From assembly GCF_009914755.1 (NCBI RefSeq), contig NC_060942.1: a stretch of DNA of 64,000 nucleotides. One strand, written 5' to 3'. The notes under the pieces are model-generated. The model ran no database searches and was not told the origin of the DNA. It was given only the letters and a program-made list of their open reading frames with translations. Shown here in pieces: positions 35,915-48,665 of this stretch. Made by a program: the position numbers and the translations under genes. Each line of letters starts with the position of its first letter. The stretch's first letter is position 1. The stretch is from the human T2T-CHM13v2.0 reference genome, Homo sapiens.

Positions 35915-36085
35915 TTTGCTCCATGGAGTTAGACAGATGTTGGTGCAAAATTCTTACACCGCCTGCCCATTCCTAAATGTGCGAACTTAGGCAAGTTACT
36001 TATTTTGTCTTTATTTTGGCACCCCCATGTGTGAACTGAGAATAAGAATACTTAGCAGGATTGTTTTGAAAAATAGTAATATATA
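35915..36085 (+). mobile_element. MIR
   Basis: GTGCGAACTTAGGCAAGTTACTTA…CCCCATGTGTGAACTGAGAATAAGAATAC. Confidence 0.6.
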
Positions 36086-36184
36086 ATATTATAATAAGAT
36101 GATTAATATTAAAAATAGCCCTCATTTGGATAACTATTTTTGGCACCAACTCCCAGGCAACTTTTCACAGCGTGAATAGTTAGC

Positions 36185-36375
36185 CCTCTTTGAACAAGTT
36201 ACTAAGTACCAGCCACTTTAAATACATAATCTCATTTAATCCTAACAAATTACTAGTATCATTCCTATTTTGCAGATGAAAAACAGGCCAAGACAGGTTC
36301 AGTTGACAAGAAATTGCACAGATCTAAATGCAGACTGGACTTACTGTGAATCCCAAATTTTCCCTCACCATGTTA
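36185..36375 (-). mobile_element. MIR
   Basis: ATCTCATTTAATCCTAAC…ATTCCTATTTTGCAGATGAAAAACAGGC. Confidence 0.7.
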
Positions 36376-37740
36376 TTTTGTCCAAAATGAAACTAAAATG
36401 CTTGGCATAGATCTAGACTTTTGTAGGCACTCAGTAAATATTATTTCCACTCTGAAGAAAACGATTCATGTTTCATTTCGCTTCTCATCAGAGGTACCAC
36501 GAACAGAATATCACCCTTTTATGATAAATCACTCAAATTGCAGACTTTTGATCCCTAAAGTTCAAGAGTGAAAAGGTATAAATATGAAGAAATTTCATGT
36601 TAGGTCACGGGATGGGAAAAGATGCTTATGTCAGGATTTACCATTTCTAGTGACCAGCACCTAGCAGATTGCTGGTTTATTAGATTTATTTATTATTTTC
36701 ATTGTTTCCTTCAGATGACTCCTATTTATCTGATTGTAGAGTAACCTCTGAGCTTTATTAGCTAGAATTTTATTTTCCACAGTGTAGTCCAAACAACTTT
36801 TTCTTGGCAAAATATAGGACCCCATTAGAACCATTAGGACTAAAATGTCAGCTCTCGTGATAGAAGAGAACTGAGGCCACTGTCTTTTCATGGCTTTCTC
36901 TAATACCTTTTCTGCTGAAGTCTTGGTTACAATGCTAAGAATGACATAACCCCTTAGTTATGTGAGGTGTACTAGCTGATTCAATAAGCCTTTATGAAAG
37001 TTTTATTTTCAGCTATAAGGTCAAGGTTGTATTAGCGCTACAAGCTAAGCAGAATTTATAAGGCAAATTTCAGTTTCCTCCAAAAAGGCAGCCCTTATGT
37101 ATAGGAAACAGAAATATCATCTATTTGATACTCAGCAGTGCCTCTTATGATTTTCATGAGCAGCAGAATGTCTTTTATTGACAAAAGCCATACAAAAAAA
37201 ACCAGAATTACATCTTTTTTGTTCCAAAATAGAATTAAAAATGATAGTCTATCAAATTAGCCATGATGGATTTTATTTTATTCTAACGTCTTATGCTCAT
37301 TTGTAGACCAGAGCAACCATCTCTTCTAACTCTGCAAATCTTCCTTGGTTCTGCTATGCAACTTAGGGCTCATTTAGGTGGTTTAGCACAGGGCTTTCTG
37401 GCCCTAAGCCGAGACTGGCACCAAATAAGCTTGCCTGACACTTTATAGGGTGTGATGAACAGTCCAGAGCTCCCAGGCAACTTTCCACAGCATGATTTGG
37501 AATCTACTTGCAATTACATATGGCTAGTGGAGCTGCATCTGGAGAAGCCTAATCAGAATTTGTCTTCCATTTAGTAGAAATAAAACGAGCCCACTCATTG
37601 TGTCAGAATTCATCTTTACACTACAGAATGAGCAATAACCTAAAATCAAAGCCAATCTCCTGGATATGGTGTATATACTTGAGAAAGTGTTCTGCAGAAT
37701 GTTTTCTACATTACTTTCATCACTGTGTTTTCTATTTCAG

Positions 37741-37883
37741 GGCCCACTCTTCCTAAGACCCATGTGAAAACAGCCTCCCTTGGGTTGGCTGGAAAAGCAA
37801 GATCCCCTTTGCTTCCTGTGTCTGTGCCAACAGCCCCTGAAGTGTCTGAGGAGAGCCACAAACCAACAGAGGATTCAGCCAAT
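37741..37883 (+). CDS. DCC: DCC exon 28 (143 nt, phase 1-0)
   Basis: (G)[47 protein letters not shown]; acceptor TTTTCTATTTCAG, donor AAT|GTAAGG; frame continuous with exons 27 and 29. Confidence 0.97.
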
Positions 37884-37972
37884 GTAAGGGCATCTTTAAA
37901 ATTCATGCTTCATCAAGGGACAGATTGACTGGCGCTGTGTAATAGCATCTAAACCAATGAGTACTGTCCATT

Positions 37973-38002
37973 CACCCCAGGCCACCCCAGGCCACCCCAG
38001 GC
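37973..38002. repeat. 10-bp tandem repeat (CACCCCAGGC)x3
   Basis: Three exact copies 90 nt downstream of exon 28. Confidence 0.9.
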
Positions 38003-38222
38003 CATTGTTGTTCTTATTGTTGTTTGTTCCTTTGTTTTCCTGCACTTAAATATGAAGAGGAAATAAAAGCTATGAAAAAAAATTATGTCAGAGACTTAGT
38101 TATGTAAAAAAGTTGATTCTTAAGGACAGTCTTAGAAATATGACCAGATAGCTACAGAACGTGTGGTTTTACACCCATATATGTACATAATATATACATA
38201 TACACATGATATACACATGGAT

Positions 38223-38224
<2 letters not shown>

Positions 38225-38264
<40 letters not shown>
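38225..38264. repeat. (GT)20 microsatellite
   Basis: Perfect dinucleotide run. Confidence 0.98.
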
Positions 38265-38266
<2 letters not shown>

Positions 38267-38334
38267 CTTTTCAATAGGAAGAAATACCTTGGCATTCTTG
38301 GAAATAAATAAGACTATATAACTCTTCTTCTTCC

Positions 38335-38510
38335 TTTTTTTTTTTTATTTTAAGAGACAGGGTCTTGCTGTGTTGCCCAGGCTAGAGTGTAGTGGCTATT
38401 CACAGGCACAATCATAGTGCACTACAGCCCTGAACTTCTTAGCTCAAGCAGTTCTCCTGCCTCAATTTCCCAAGTAGCTAAGACTATAGGTGCACATTAC
38501 TACACCAACT
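38335..38510 (-). mobile_element. FAM (fossil Alu monomer)
   Basis: Single monomer retaining the 7SL-like GTGGCTATTCACAGGCACAATCATAGTGCACTACAGCC segment absent from dimeric Alus. Confidence 0.85.
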
Positions 38511-39744
38511 TATACAGTTATTCTCTAAAATTAAAAAAATATAGTGACAAAAAGCTATATTATGAGGGCTTTTTGAAGTTATTATATATGTTACTTCTGA
38601 AATCATAAAATACCAGAAATATAGATTTGTGAAGGAAAAAATATAAAATAAAAAAATTGAAGGAGTTTAAGTAATACAAAAAGGAAATGACGTAATTAAA
38701 AAATAAGAAGGGAAAGTTTATTTAAAGACAGAAAAAGTTTTACTAAGGAAATAAGCTAAAAAGGGTTCCAGTTAGAAAACTCAGAAGGAACATCAATAGA
38801 GAAGGGGAAAAAATCAGAATTTTAAGAAAAAAAAAACATTTATCCCGAAAATGCACTGTAAAGGAGATTCAAAAAGACATTGCCTAAAGGCAGCTATTTA
38901 TAGTACACTTTAGTTGTTTCTGAATATAATTCAAGAGAAAACATTTAAAAGAAGCCTAAGGAATTAACATATCAGATATCTTGAAAAATCAGGGCACTAG
39001 AAGAGAAAAAAGATGAAAAGAGCAGATTAAAATTCTATTTTGTTATTACATTTGGATCTTTTTTAAGCATAAATTATGAAATGAAAATAATCTGCCACCC
39101 TTCCAACTAGCTTGTTTTCTTCATGCATAAATGAAGTCTTCTGCAAAATTTGCAAATAATGTATTGAAAAATAAATTTATAACAATATCAAGGAATAAGT
39201 AGGTAACATTTAATCAGTCCTCTGTAAGCAATGCAACTACCAGGTCTTTTATAAAAATTATACTTTCTTTTGATATCTGGTTGTTGTTAAAAACAAAGAA
39301 TCATTTCATTTGAATGAAGAACAATACATTTTTCTTGACTTAATTTTTTTTCAATACTACAAACAATAAAATATTTTAACGACATAGAGATCAGGGAAGC
39401 TGAGTATGTGAGTGTGTCTGTAAATGTTTTGGCAGATGAGTGTTATCTACTTAACATGCTTTTCAAAGATTCAAATTTATAAGACTCTAATGCACTTTTG
39501 TGCGTTAGAATATAGCTGTTTACGTCAATATCTGTTTAGGATCAAGGTTTGTGGCCACATCTCAAATAAAATCAAACTTCTAAGTTTACATGAAGTATCT
39601 CATCTCATAAAGAATCATGTCAGGTAGGCCTATTTTTACATTAAAGGTTGACTCTAAAGAATGGCAGCCAAATTAAAATATTAAACTTTATTAATATTAA
39701 AAGCAGTAAGAAACACATATTAAAGGAAATAAAGAGGACAAATA

Positions 39745-40050
39745 GTGTAGACCAACATTTGCCTATGAAAACATAATGTGTAATTTTAAATTGACTAGAA
39801 GCTACATTAAAAGATGTAAAAATAAATAGGTGAAGTTAATACCTTTTATCTAACCCAATATTTCCAAAATATTATCATCTCAACATGCAATAAATATTTA
39901 AAATTGTCAATAATGTATTTTACTTTTTTTGTACTGTTCCAAAACTGGTACGTATTTTTTCATGTAAAACACATTTCAGGTGAGACTAGGCACATTTTAA
40001 GAATATAATAGTTACATGTGGCTAGTGGTTGCCGTATTATACAATGAAAT
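39745..40050. mobile_element. MER33-like hAT-Charlie element
   Basis: TAATTTTAAATT…CTAACCCAATATTTCCAAAATATTATC…CACATTT…ACATGTGGCTAGTGGTTGCCGTATT. Confidence 0.7.
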
Positions 40051-40126
40051 CTAGACAGTTTGAGAACGACAACCAGACAATGAAAACAACATTTTGGAAA
40101 TGAGTTGCCTAGTAATCCCCTCACTT

Positions 40127-40131
<5 letters not shown>

Positions 40132-40206
<75 letters not shown>
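40132..40206. repeat. Compound (CT)n(CA)n microsatellite
   Basis: ~15 CT units then 22 CA units. Confidence 0.98.
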
Positions 40207-40207
<1 letters not shown>

Positions 40208-41239
40208 TGTATGTATATAAACAGGCTTTTAGCCAAATTGGAAACTTTTCAGTCCTCTATTAAGCCCTGAAGATTGGGTAGTGTATGCCCGAATCATTCA
40301 CTGACATGCTGAGATTTCTATAGGAAGCTCATACATTAATACCATACATTTTGAGCTGTTTTTTCAATGGCTGGAGTAGCTTTGTGCCTACCTCCCACCC
40401 ATGCAAATTCTATCAATGCTCTCTTGAGATCAAGGGTACTTATTTGGCAAGATTAGATATACATCTCTGATCATAGTGCTAAGGAATGTGTCTTGGCCTA
40501 TGCAGAGCTAGAAATCATGGCTCAGGCCTCATTGGTTCAATCATTTAATCAATGGAATGCGCTAGCCAAGAATAATAAGTAGAACATCTGTATAAGTCAA
40601 CTAATATGTTCAAGAAAGGAAAAAAAGAAAACTAACATTTACTGAACACTTACCACTAGGCAGCCCTGACTTGTTGAATCCTCCTAACTCCTCAAAAGAC
40701 AAACTTGTTATTCTCATTTCACAAATAAGAAGACTAACTCAAATAAAATGTGCAAGTATATAAAAGGACTGGGATTCAAATCAGTTTCACATCTTATTTC
40801 CCCATCTGGCTAACTATCAAAACTACCTGGGAATTTTTCTTTTAATTAGGATGTCTAGGTTCTTCCCATACCTTCTGAAACAGAATTCCTAAGCCTAGCG
40901 ACCTGGTATTTGTGGTAACTAGTAATTCTATTACTTACTGACATGATAATAGTGACTTATAGTGAGTGAGTTTACAGAGTGAATTAGTGACAGTTCACTA
41001 GGCATTCTGGAGTTCAACCTCTTCTTTTATCCACCATTCAAATTGTCCCAAAAAGGATTGACTGTGGTTTGGGGCATGAATTTTGTTTCCACACACAAAC
41101 TAAAGTCATAATCTCCAGACGTTTCATTGGCCAAGGCAAAGCCCGCTGAGTTCTCACATACAAAAAAAAATGTATCTATGTCATGATACAGAGAAAAAAT
41201 ATTCTGTTCATATCTTGGTTAACCTAGTAAGAGGAACAG

Positions 41240-41460
41240 GAGCTAATGTATTGAATATCTACCATATGCCAGACCCTATCATGGGTACTAAACATGTTAC
41301 AGGAGGCTCAGAATAGCCTATGAAATAGATGTCATTATCATTTTATAGATGAAGAAAATTACGTATCAGAGAGGTGCACTCACTTGTCTAAGACCACACA
41401 GCTAATAATTGGGAGAACTTGATTTGAAACCCAATCTTTTTGACTCTGAAACATCTTCCT
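41240..41460 (-). mobile_element. MIR
   Basis: CATTTTATAGATGAAGAAAATT…CAGAGAGGTGCACTCACTTGTCTAAGACCACACAGCTAATAA. Confidence 0.75.
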
Positions 41461-41654
41461 TGTCACAGGTGGAGATGGAGTGGGTGAAACAATATGCAAT
41501 CTCTTATTATCCCCTTTTATTACCAGCATCTTCATTCAGTGAGTATATTCCAAGGACAGCCCTGGCTGTGGTCTCCTAGGTCAGACTTGGGAATACGTAG
41601 CACCCCAACTAGCTGTGGCCCCGGCCTTCATAAAAGAAATGGATCAATATTTGT

Positions 41655-41661
41655 TACTAAC
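41655..41661 (+). promoter_or_regulatory. DCC: Branch point TACTAAC of DCC intron 28
   Basis: Exact U2-complementary heptamer, branch A 25 nt upstream of the TAG acceptor, followed by a pyrimidine tract. Confidence 0.85.
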
Positions 41662-41685
41662 TCTTGTCTCTCATTCTCTTTATAG

Positions 41686-41775
41686 GTGTATGAACAGGAT
41701 GATCTGAGTGAACAAATGGCAAGTTTGGAAGGACTCATGAAGCAGCTTAATGCCATCACAGGCTCAGCCTTTTAA
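41686..41775 (+). CDS. DCC: DCC exon 29 coding part (P3 motif and stop)
   Basis: [32 protein letters not shown], the DCC C-terminus; acceptor TCATTCTCTTTATAG. Confidence 0.98.
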   Translation: [29 protein letters not shown]

Positions 41776-44700
41776 CATGTATTTCTGAATGGATGAGGTG
41801 AATTTTCCGGGAACTTTGCAGCATACCAATTACCCATAAACAGCACACCTGTGTCCAAGAACTCTAACCAGTGTACAGGTCACCCATCAGGACCACTCAG
41901 TTAAGGAAGATCCTGAAGCAGTTCAGAAGGAATAAGCATTCCTTCTTTCACAGGCATCAGGAATTGTCAAATGATGATTATGAGTTCCCTAAACAAAAGC
42001 AAAGATGCATTTTCACTGCAATGTCAAAGTTTAAGCTGCTAGAATAGTCCTGGGCCTTTGTCACTGCAGTGACCACACTGTCATAACTAATACCTATGTT
42101 TTCCTTTGTCAAGGCCTGTTGTTTAATGTGTAGGTCTAGTCTTACAAAATGCAAGTGCATTATTTAAGCCTGTACCATGCCATGGCAAACCAGTGCAAGC
42201 TCACTATTTTGTTTTCAACTTAAACATACAAAGCACCCATGGGAATCTCTCATGCCATAGCACCAAAGGATTGGATGTTTTCCTTACAGCACAAAAAGTA
42301 AATAGTAAACAAACAAAAGGCAGAGAATGCTTATGTTTGTAACTCAGTCATTCATCTTGCACAAGTGGTGGATATTAGTGAGTGGCTAAAAATTCACCTA
42401 TTTTGGCAAGTATTTGTAAATCCACCCTTGGTTAATATGTATGTCTGGAGTCCAGGAATATAAAAATCTGCAACTAGTGGCATTCTGCCAGCAGCAGTAC
42501 ATTTCTGGAAAGAGGATATAATATGCAATCTTCTCAGACACATGGTAATTATATGCTTAAGCTTGTAATAGGACAGTTTTCAATTTGGGTGGCTTTTGTG
42601 CCATACCACACTGTGATACAATTTCAAAGCTTCACTAAGGCCATCTTCCTTAGGAGTTTGGCCAGAAGAATGCCCCCACCCCTTCACCCCATCCCTCCCT
42701 GAGTTCTCCTTGGCAACTAGCGTTGGGTGAAATGGCCAGCTCCACATGTCATATGGTGCACTGGCCAATGTCGCCTGTCTTCTAATCCCGTAGAAATGGC
42801 AGACTCCCTGAGAGCAGGAAGAGAAGGAAAATAAAAGGTAGCTTCTAACAGTACCTTCTCTTAAAGAATGCCAACTCTGCCTACAGGGTCAGTGTTGGCA
42901 AGCATTGGCCACCAGACCCTTTTGTTAAGGGAAACTTTTACACTACACCTGTGTCAGAGTCAGGGGGAAGCAGAGGGGCAGGTGCCACCTGACACTTCCG
43001 ACATGTAAATCCAGCAGATACTTTTCAAAGCAGCATCTTAAACTGTGGACTACAGTTTTAAACTTCTATTGCCATGTTTATCTACAGCTTGGAACTAGCT
43101 AAAATTAAGAACATTTTGTATGCAGCATTTTAGTTTCTGAATTTTCAGCTGCATTTGGAGTTAATCCCTGTTTATGCAGCTGAATCGCCAAAAGGGAGCT
43201 AGTTTGCATATTTATCAGTTAGGTGACTTGAAAACCCAATGAGAGAGTTTCAGCTGAATTATTCCTTTCAGCTCTGCCTTTGATTTCAAGCTTGAGTAGG
43301 TCATAATTTTAAAAGAGCATGGAAGGGATAGGATCTTTACAACCTAATAGCTCCTTTTATTAGGTGGGTAATTATATATGAATCCCTGAATAAAATATTT
43401 TGAGCAAAATGGCACTGTAACAGAAGTAATAATTCAGTTTATTTTTTTACAGTTTTATGTCGGGAAGGAAATCTGATGTCAAAGAGAGGGCTGTTCAAAT
43501 GGTTCATTAGAAAGTCCGGTCCATTTGCGAATTTGTTCCTTCAACAAGAGTGCTCATTCAAGTTACTCAGATTTTCTGGAAGTCTTTTCTGAAGAGCTAT
43601 GTGATGTTGTTCTATGGGACAGACTACTCTTATTTAACATCTGGGCACTTAGGTAGACAACCTTCTACTGACCTGGAATAAAGTGTTTCCTAACATAATA
43701 TTGAATTATTCAGAAATAATCCATTACTTCAAAAAAGAAAATATTCATTGGGCTAGCCCAACCTTCTCTAGGCCCTAAGAATTATTACCTCCCCTTTCTA
43801 ATTCTAGCAAACATGGAACATTCTCCTTAGGCACTTGACACCCACGAGGGTAATCCTGAGTGCTCAGTTTGGAATAGGTTGCAAATCTCAGATTTTAGGG
43901 ATTGAGTCACACCTTCAATCTATAGAATGAAGTTGACCAATTAAAAAAAAAAAAAAACCTATCATTTTCACAAATTTCTAGATCCTTCTAGTCAAAAATA
44001 ATTATTTAGGAAATAAAATTTTTAAAAATCCATTTAAATACATGTTATTTGTCTTCAGTGGAAGTTATATTTCTGCTGCATGCTTTTGAAAGTTTCTTCA
44101 TTAAATAGAATGGTTTGTCTTAGTAACTGGCAATGCCAGTATTAGCACCATGCATTTAATCTATAATACAATCAATTTAAACATCCTCAAAAAACTCTAG
44201 TATCATTTACCTGGTAGTATTAATATACAATGATGTCACCACAACTTTTGTATAACTCTGTTCCCTTTACCCTCAAATGATTCATATATGTATATAATTG
44301 CCTGCCCAAGTTTTCAGGTAACTTATTAATTTCCCAGTCTCCTGATCTCTTGACAAGAAGAAACCTGTGAATACTGCAAACTAGCCTCTGACTTCCTCCT
44401 ACTGAGTCTAGTTCATGGTATCCAGGACTCTTTATGCTCATAACTCTCTCTGATTCCCATTGGGTGATACCTGACAGCCAACCAGCCGCTCTGCCACCAG
44501 AACTCATTTCTCCCTGAAAAAGAAGAAAATCATATTTGGCAGAGCATTCTCTGGTCTGCCCTGTAATGTGCTTAAATGTCAGGCAACATCCTCTTTTTTT
44601 AAAAAAAAATGGTATTTTTCTTTAAATTTCACCCTAATAAGAAAGCTATTTTCTCTCCTCTGCAGAAATTTCTGCATTTGTGAAACTTATAAAAATTTAG

Positions 44701-47022
44701 ATAGTTCAAATGTATAAAGAATATTTGGATGATGCTCTAGCCAAAAGTTAAATATTTCGTAGTGAATCATAGCCAATAAGAAACCAGTCATACTTGCCTC
44801 TTTGAATAACAGAGATATAAGCTTCTAGAATATTTAAATAATGAAGTTTTACATTTGGGTATTATAAAATGCATACTCAATTGAATGAGCTGAAAAAAAT
44901 ACCAAGCCAGTGATATAAGTGGAGATTTATTAAGGATTCCTGTTGAGTATATTCTTAGTTTCCTCAAAATAGGGATTATTCAAAATTAGGTGTATGTTCA
45001 ATCTCCTGCTTTGGTTCCAGCTACACAAGGAGAGCCATCCTGTGCTAGTGTGATGTTTCAGACAACATTCTGAAACTAAAATGTTTGGCACTTATTGGCT
45101 TTTCCAATAAAGAATCTCTTAAGTACAGGTATTTCTGGAAGCTGTTGGTGTCTGTGCTTGAAGATGATTGCTGATACTTATCCACCCTTTGGGTACTTCT
45201 GTTGACTTTGTTTAAATAATCATCTTATGGTTGTCCCCAAATGTAATATGGTATCTCAGATATAGCAGCTGGACTGTAATTACAACAAAAGGTTACCTCT
45301 AAAGATAACATCTTACCATTTTAGATAAAATTGTGTCCCAGAATTCTTATGGTTTCGGAATGTACATTTCTAGTCAATGAAAGAAAGAAAAATGGAAAAA
45401 TTGTCTAGTTTCAGGCATGTTTAAAGAAAACAAAGTCATCTGAACTTTAAAATAGATGCAGAGCAGGGTTACTTTCCCTTTCACTCAGTTCCCTTCATGC
45501 AACCACAGGCAGTCCTGCAGGCCAGAGGTTACTATCCTAACCTGCTCATAACCATATACTATACAGAGCCCACAACTTTCTGGAGATGCAGAAGCAGCCA
45601 TACACTCAAGTCTCTGTTTTTGTAAATCACATTCAAAGCAACATTTTACTCATAATTTGCATTTCTCTGGTGACTTTCAGAAATCACTTTAGTATTGTAC
45701 AGAAAAGCTTTTTATTTGAGTCTAGTGTTTAAAATTAAATTGGATACTTGGGAAAATCATAGATAGGTGTTTTGTATGATATTCCATTCCAATGCAAAAT
45801 ATATGTACCCATGCCTCAATGTATCTTGCTATCTAAATACCTGTTGCCAAAAAGTATTGATTTGGGAAAAAAAATGCCAATTTCCTGGTCAGTGAGGTTA
45901 TGTAAAAGACAAAATACCACACCCATATCAGCAAATGAATATTACTACTCATCTGGACTCTTCGTTGCCACTATTGCATAACGTTCACGTGGCAGACTTC
46001 CAGTTGCACTCTCTGAAGGACTTTTTTCTCTTACTCTCAATAGAGAGCCTTTGTACATTGTCATCCTATGATTGTTGTTGGTAGAAGAGCAAGAGCAAAA
46101 CTCTGCAAGATTTAATAAACACAGGGGCATGGGCCAAGGGATCTCACTGTGTGCTGAACATGTATTTTCAGATGCAAGAAAGGAATGATGGAGAGGAGGA
46201 GAAATGCTGTTTTTTATTATTGTAGGGTAAATCTGACAATTCTGAACTTTGTGAATTGTCAGCTTGTTTGGGGGAAGGGTGGGCGGGTATGGGGTGTACT
46301 TTTTATAAGTAATATTTAATTTATTATTTAGAGTGGCTTCTTTTTGGATAATTTATGATAAAAAGGGAGATCTGGTTGGGATCTAGATACGGCTGTTAAA
46401 GCTGCAGTGTTCCATACCTCAGAGGGACCACTTTGGAAATGAATTGTCCATTGCTGAGTATGAAGAGATGTCCAGTCCAGGCAAAGCCTTCACTGAAGTT
46501 CCATCATCGCCACTTCTCCCTTTTTAGGGTCATTCAAAGAAGATAACACCAAACCTAAATAATTCTGAAAGCATTTTGCAGATCAGTGCTACTCATTCAA
46601 AGGGCTTTGCAACTCAAACAGATTGTTAGTGTGCTAGTGATAAGTTTATTTGGTAGAAATGGGTATACTACAGCTTTAACTAGCCTTAGTGAGAAAAGAA
46701 ATTTTTTGTTGTTACAAAACACCTTTTTTAACAAAAAGGTATTTTGAGCCTACAAAAAGTTTCTTTAAACTGTCAGATTCTAGCATTGTTAACCAAATTA
46801 GACTAGTGATTGCAATATTTAAGTGTAAATCTTGTTCTACAAGAAAGGAAACTTGCTTACAGTTTAAAACAATGACTGTTTCTACACATGATCTTGTATA
46901 CTACTACACAAGGAAAAGGGGGTTTTGTAAACACTGTAGAACAGTCTCATATTCATTTTTTTATAGAAATGTTATTCCAATGGTGCATTTTTTGTTTAAT
47001 AAATAAAGTTTTGATACAAAGT
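41776..47022 (+). other. DCC: DCC 3'UTR (~5.2 kb; exact end approximate)
   Basis: Essentially repeat-free AU-rich tract from stop codon to a strong poly(A) signal; repeats resume right after it. Confidence 0.82.
46998..47007 (+). terminator. DCC: Distal polyadenylation signal (overlapping AATAAATAAA)
   Basis: Two overlapping hexamers, several upstream TGTA motifs, U/GU-rich downstream element (GTTCTTTTTTCATGTTATTT). Confidence 0.85.
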
Positions 47023-47102
47023 TCTTTTTTCATGTTATTTATAGTAAATGCTGTGCCACACACACAACCACAACCTTGCTTGTCTGTATCCTTAAGATTC
47101 AT

Positions 47103-47845
<743 letters not shown>

Positions 47846-47929
47846 TAAATATTACCTTTTATTAAAAGCTGTGGTAGGAGCTATCAGTTCTCTGCCTCAT
47901 ACTCAAGTAAGTTATTATTTTTAAAGGAA

Positions 47930-48341
47930 GTGGACCCTTATGCCATTTTCATGCACATTTCCAGTGTGCTTTCACTCCAGTCAATAACCATGTCTCTTTA
48001 TTCCCAAGACTGCTAGAACTTGTCTTTGCCTACATGCGTGGGAGAGCTGGAAATGTCTGATTAGACCTTTCAAATAGCACCCCCTTTGCCCCGATGAAAA
48101 CAATTTTGAGTTGTAACCCAATTTATCTCCAGAGTACCCCTGTAGAGCTGAGCCAAAGTGACTGTGGGGCTACTGCTTCACAATAGTGCACTGTAATAGT
48201 GTACCCTTGCTTGGATTGCCTCCCTTCCCTTTTTATCTTGCCCCCTTCCCCTAATGGTTTCTCCTGGGAGCACTTCACAGTAAATCACTTTCATGCAAAT
48301 CTTTATGGCAAGGTCTGTTTCTAGGGAATTCACTCAAGGCA
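47930..48341 (+). mobile_element. LTR16-like ERVL LTR remnant
   Basis: 3' end TCTCCTGGGAGCACTTC…AGTAAATCACTTTCATGCAAATC…AGGTCTGTTTCTAGGGAATTCACTCAAGGCA; 5' bound uncertain. Confidence 0.5.
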
Positions 48342-48508
48342 AGATCCTTCTAGCTGTGATCCAATTTCAACACACAAACAACAAATGAATAAAATACTCT
48401 TTTCATCATCCAGATATTTCATTCTCATAGTGTCAGCAGCAGAATATGGGGTCACATAGGTGTTGAACATTATATAGCTACAATTATTGAAAGATTAAGT
48501 TTGGCATG

Positions 48509-48600
48509 TGTATTAGGGTCCTCTAGAGAGACAGAACCAATAGTGTGTGTGTATACACACACACATATATACTATTGGTGTATATATATTTCGGTTTGCA

Positions 48601-48665
<65 letters not shown>

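Noticed and set aside
37884-37928. Exon 28 read-through tail [14 protein letters not shown]
   Set aside because: Short open run expected by chance; no evidence of intron retention
42060-42073. 14-bp perfect palindrome GTCACTGCAGTGAC in the 3'UTR
   Set aside because: A few palindromes of this length are expected by chance in 64 kb
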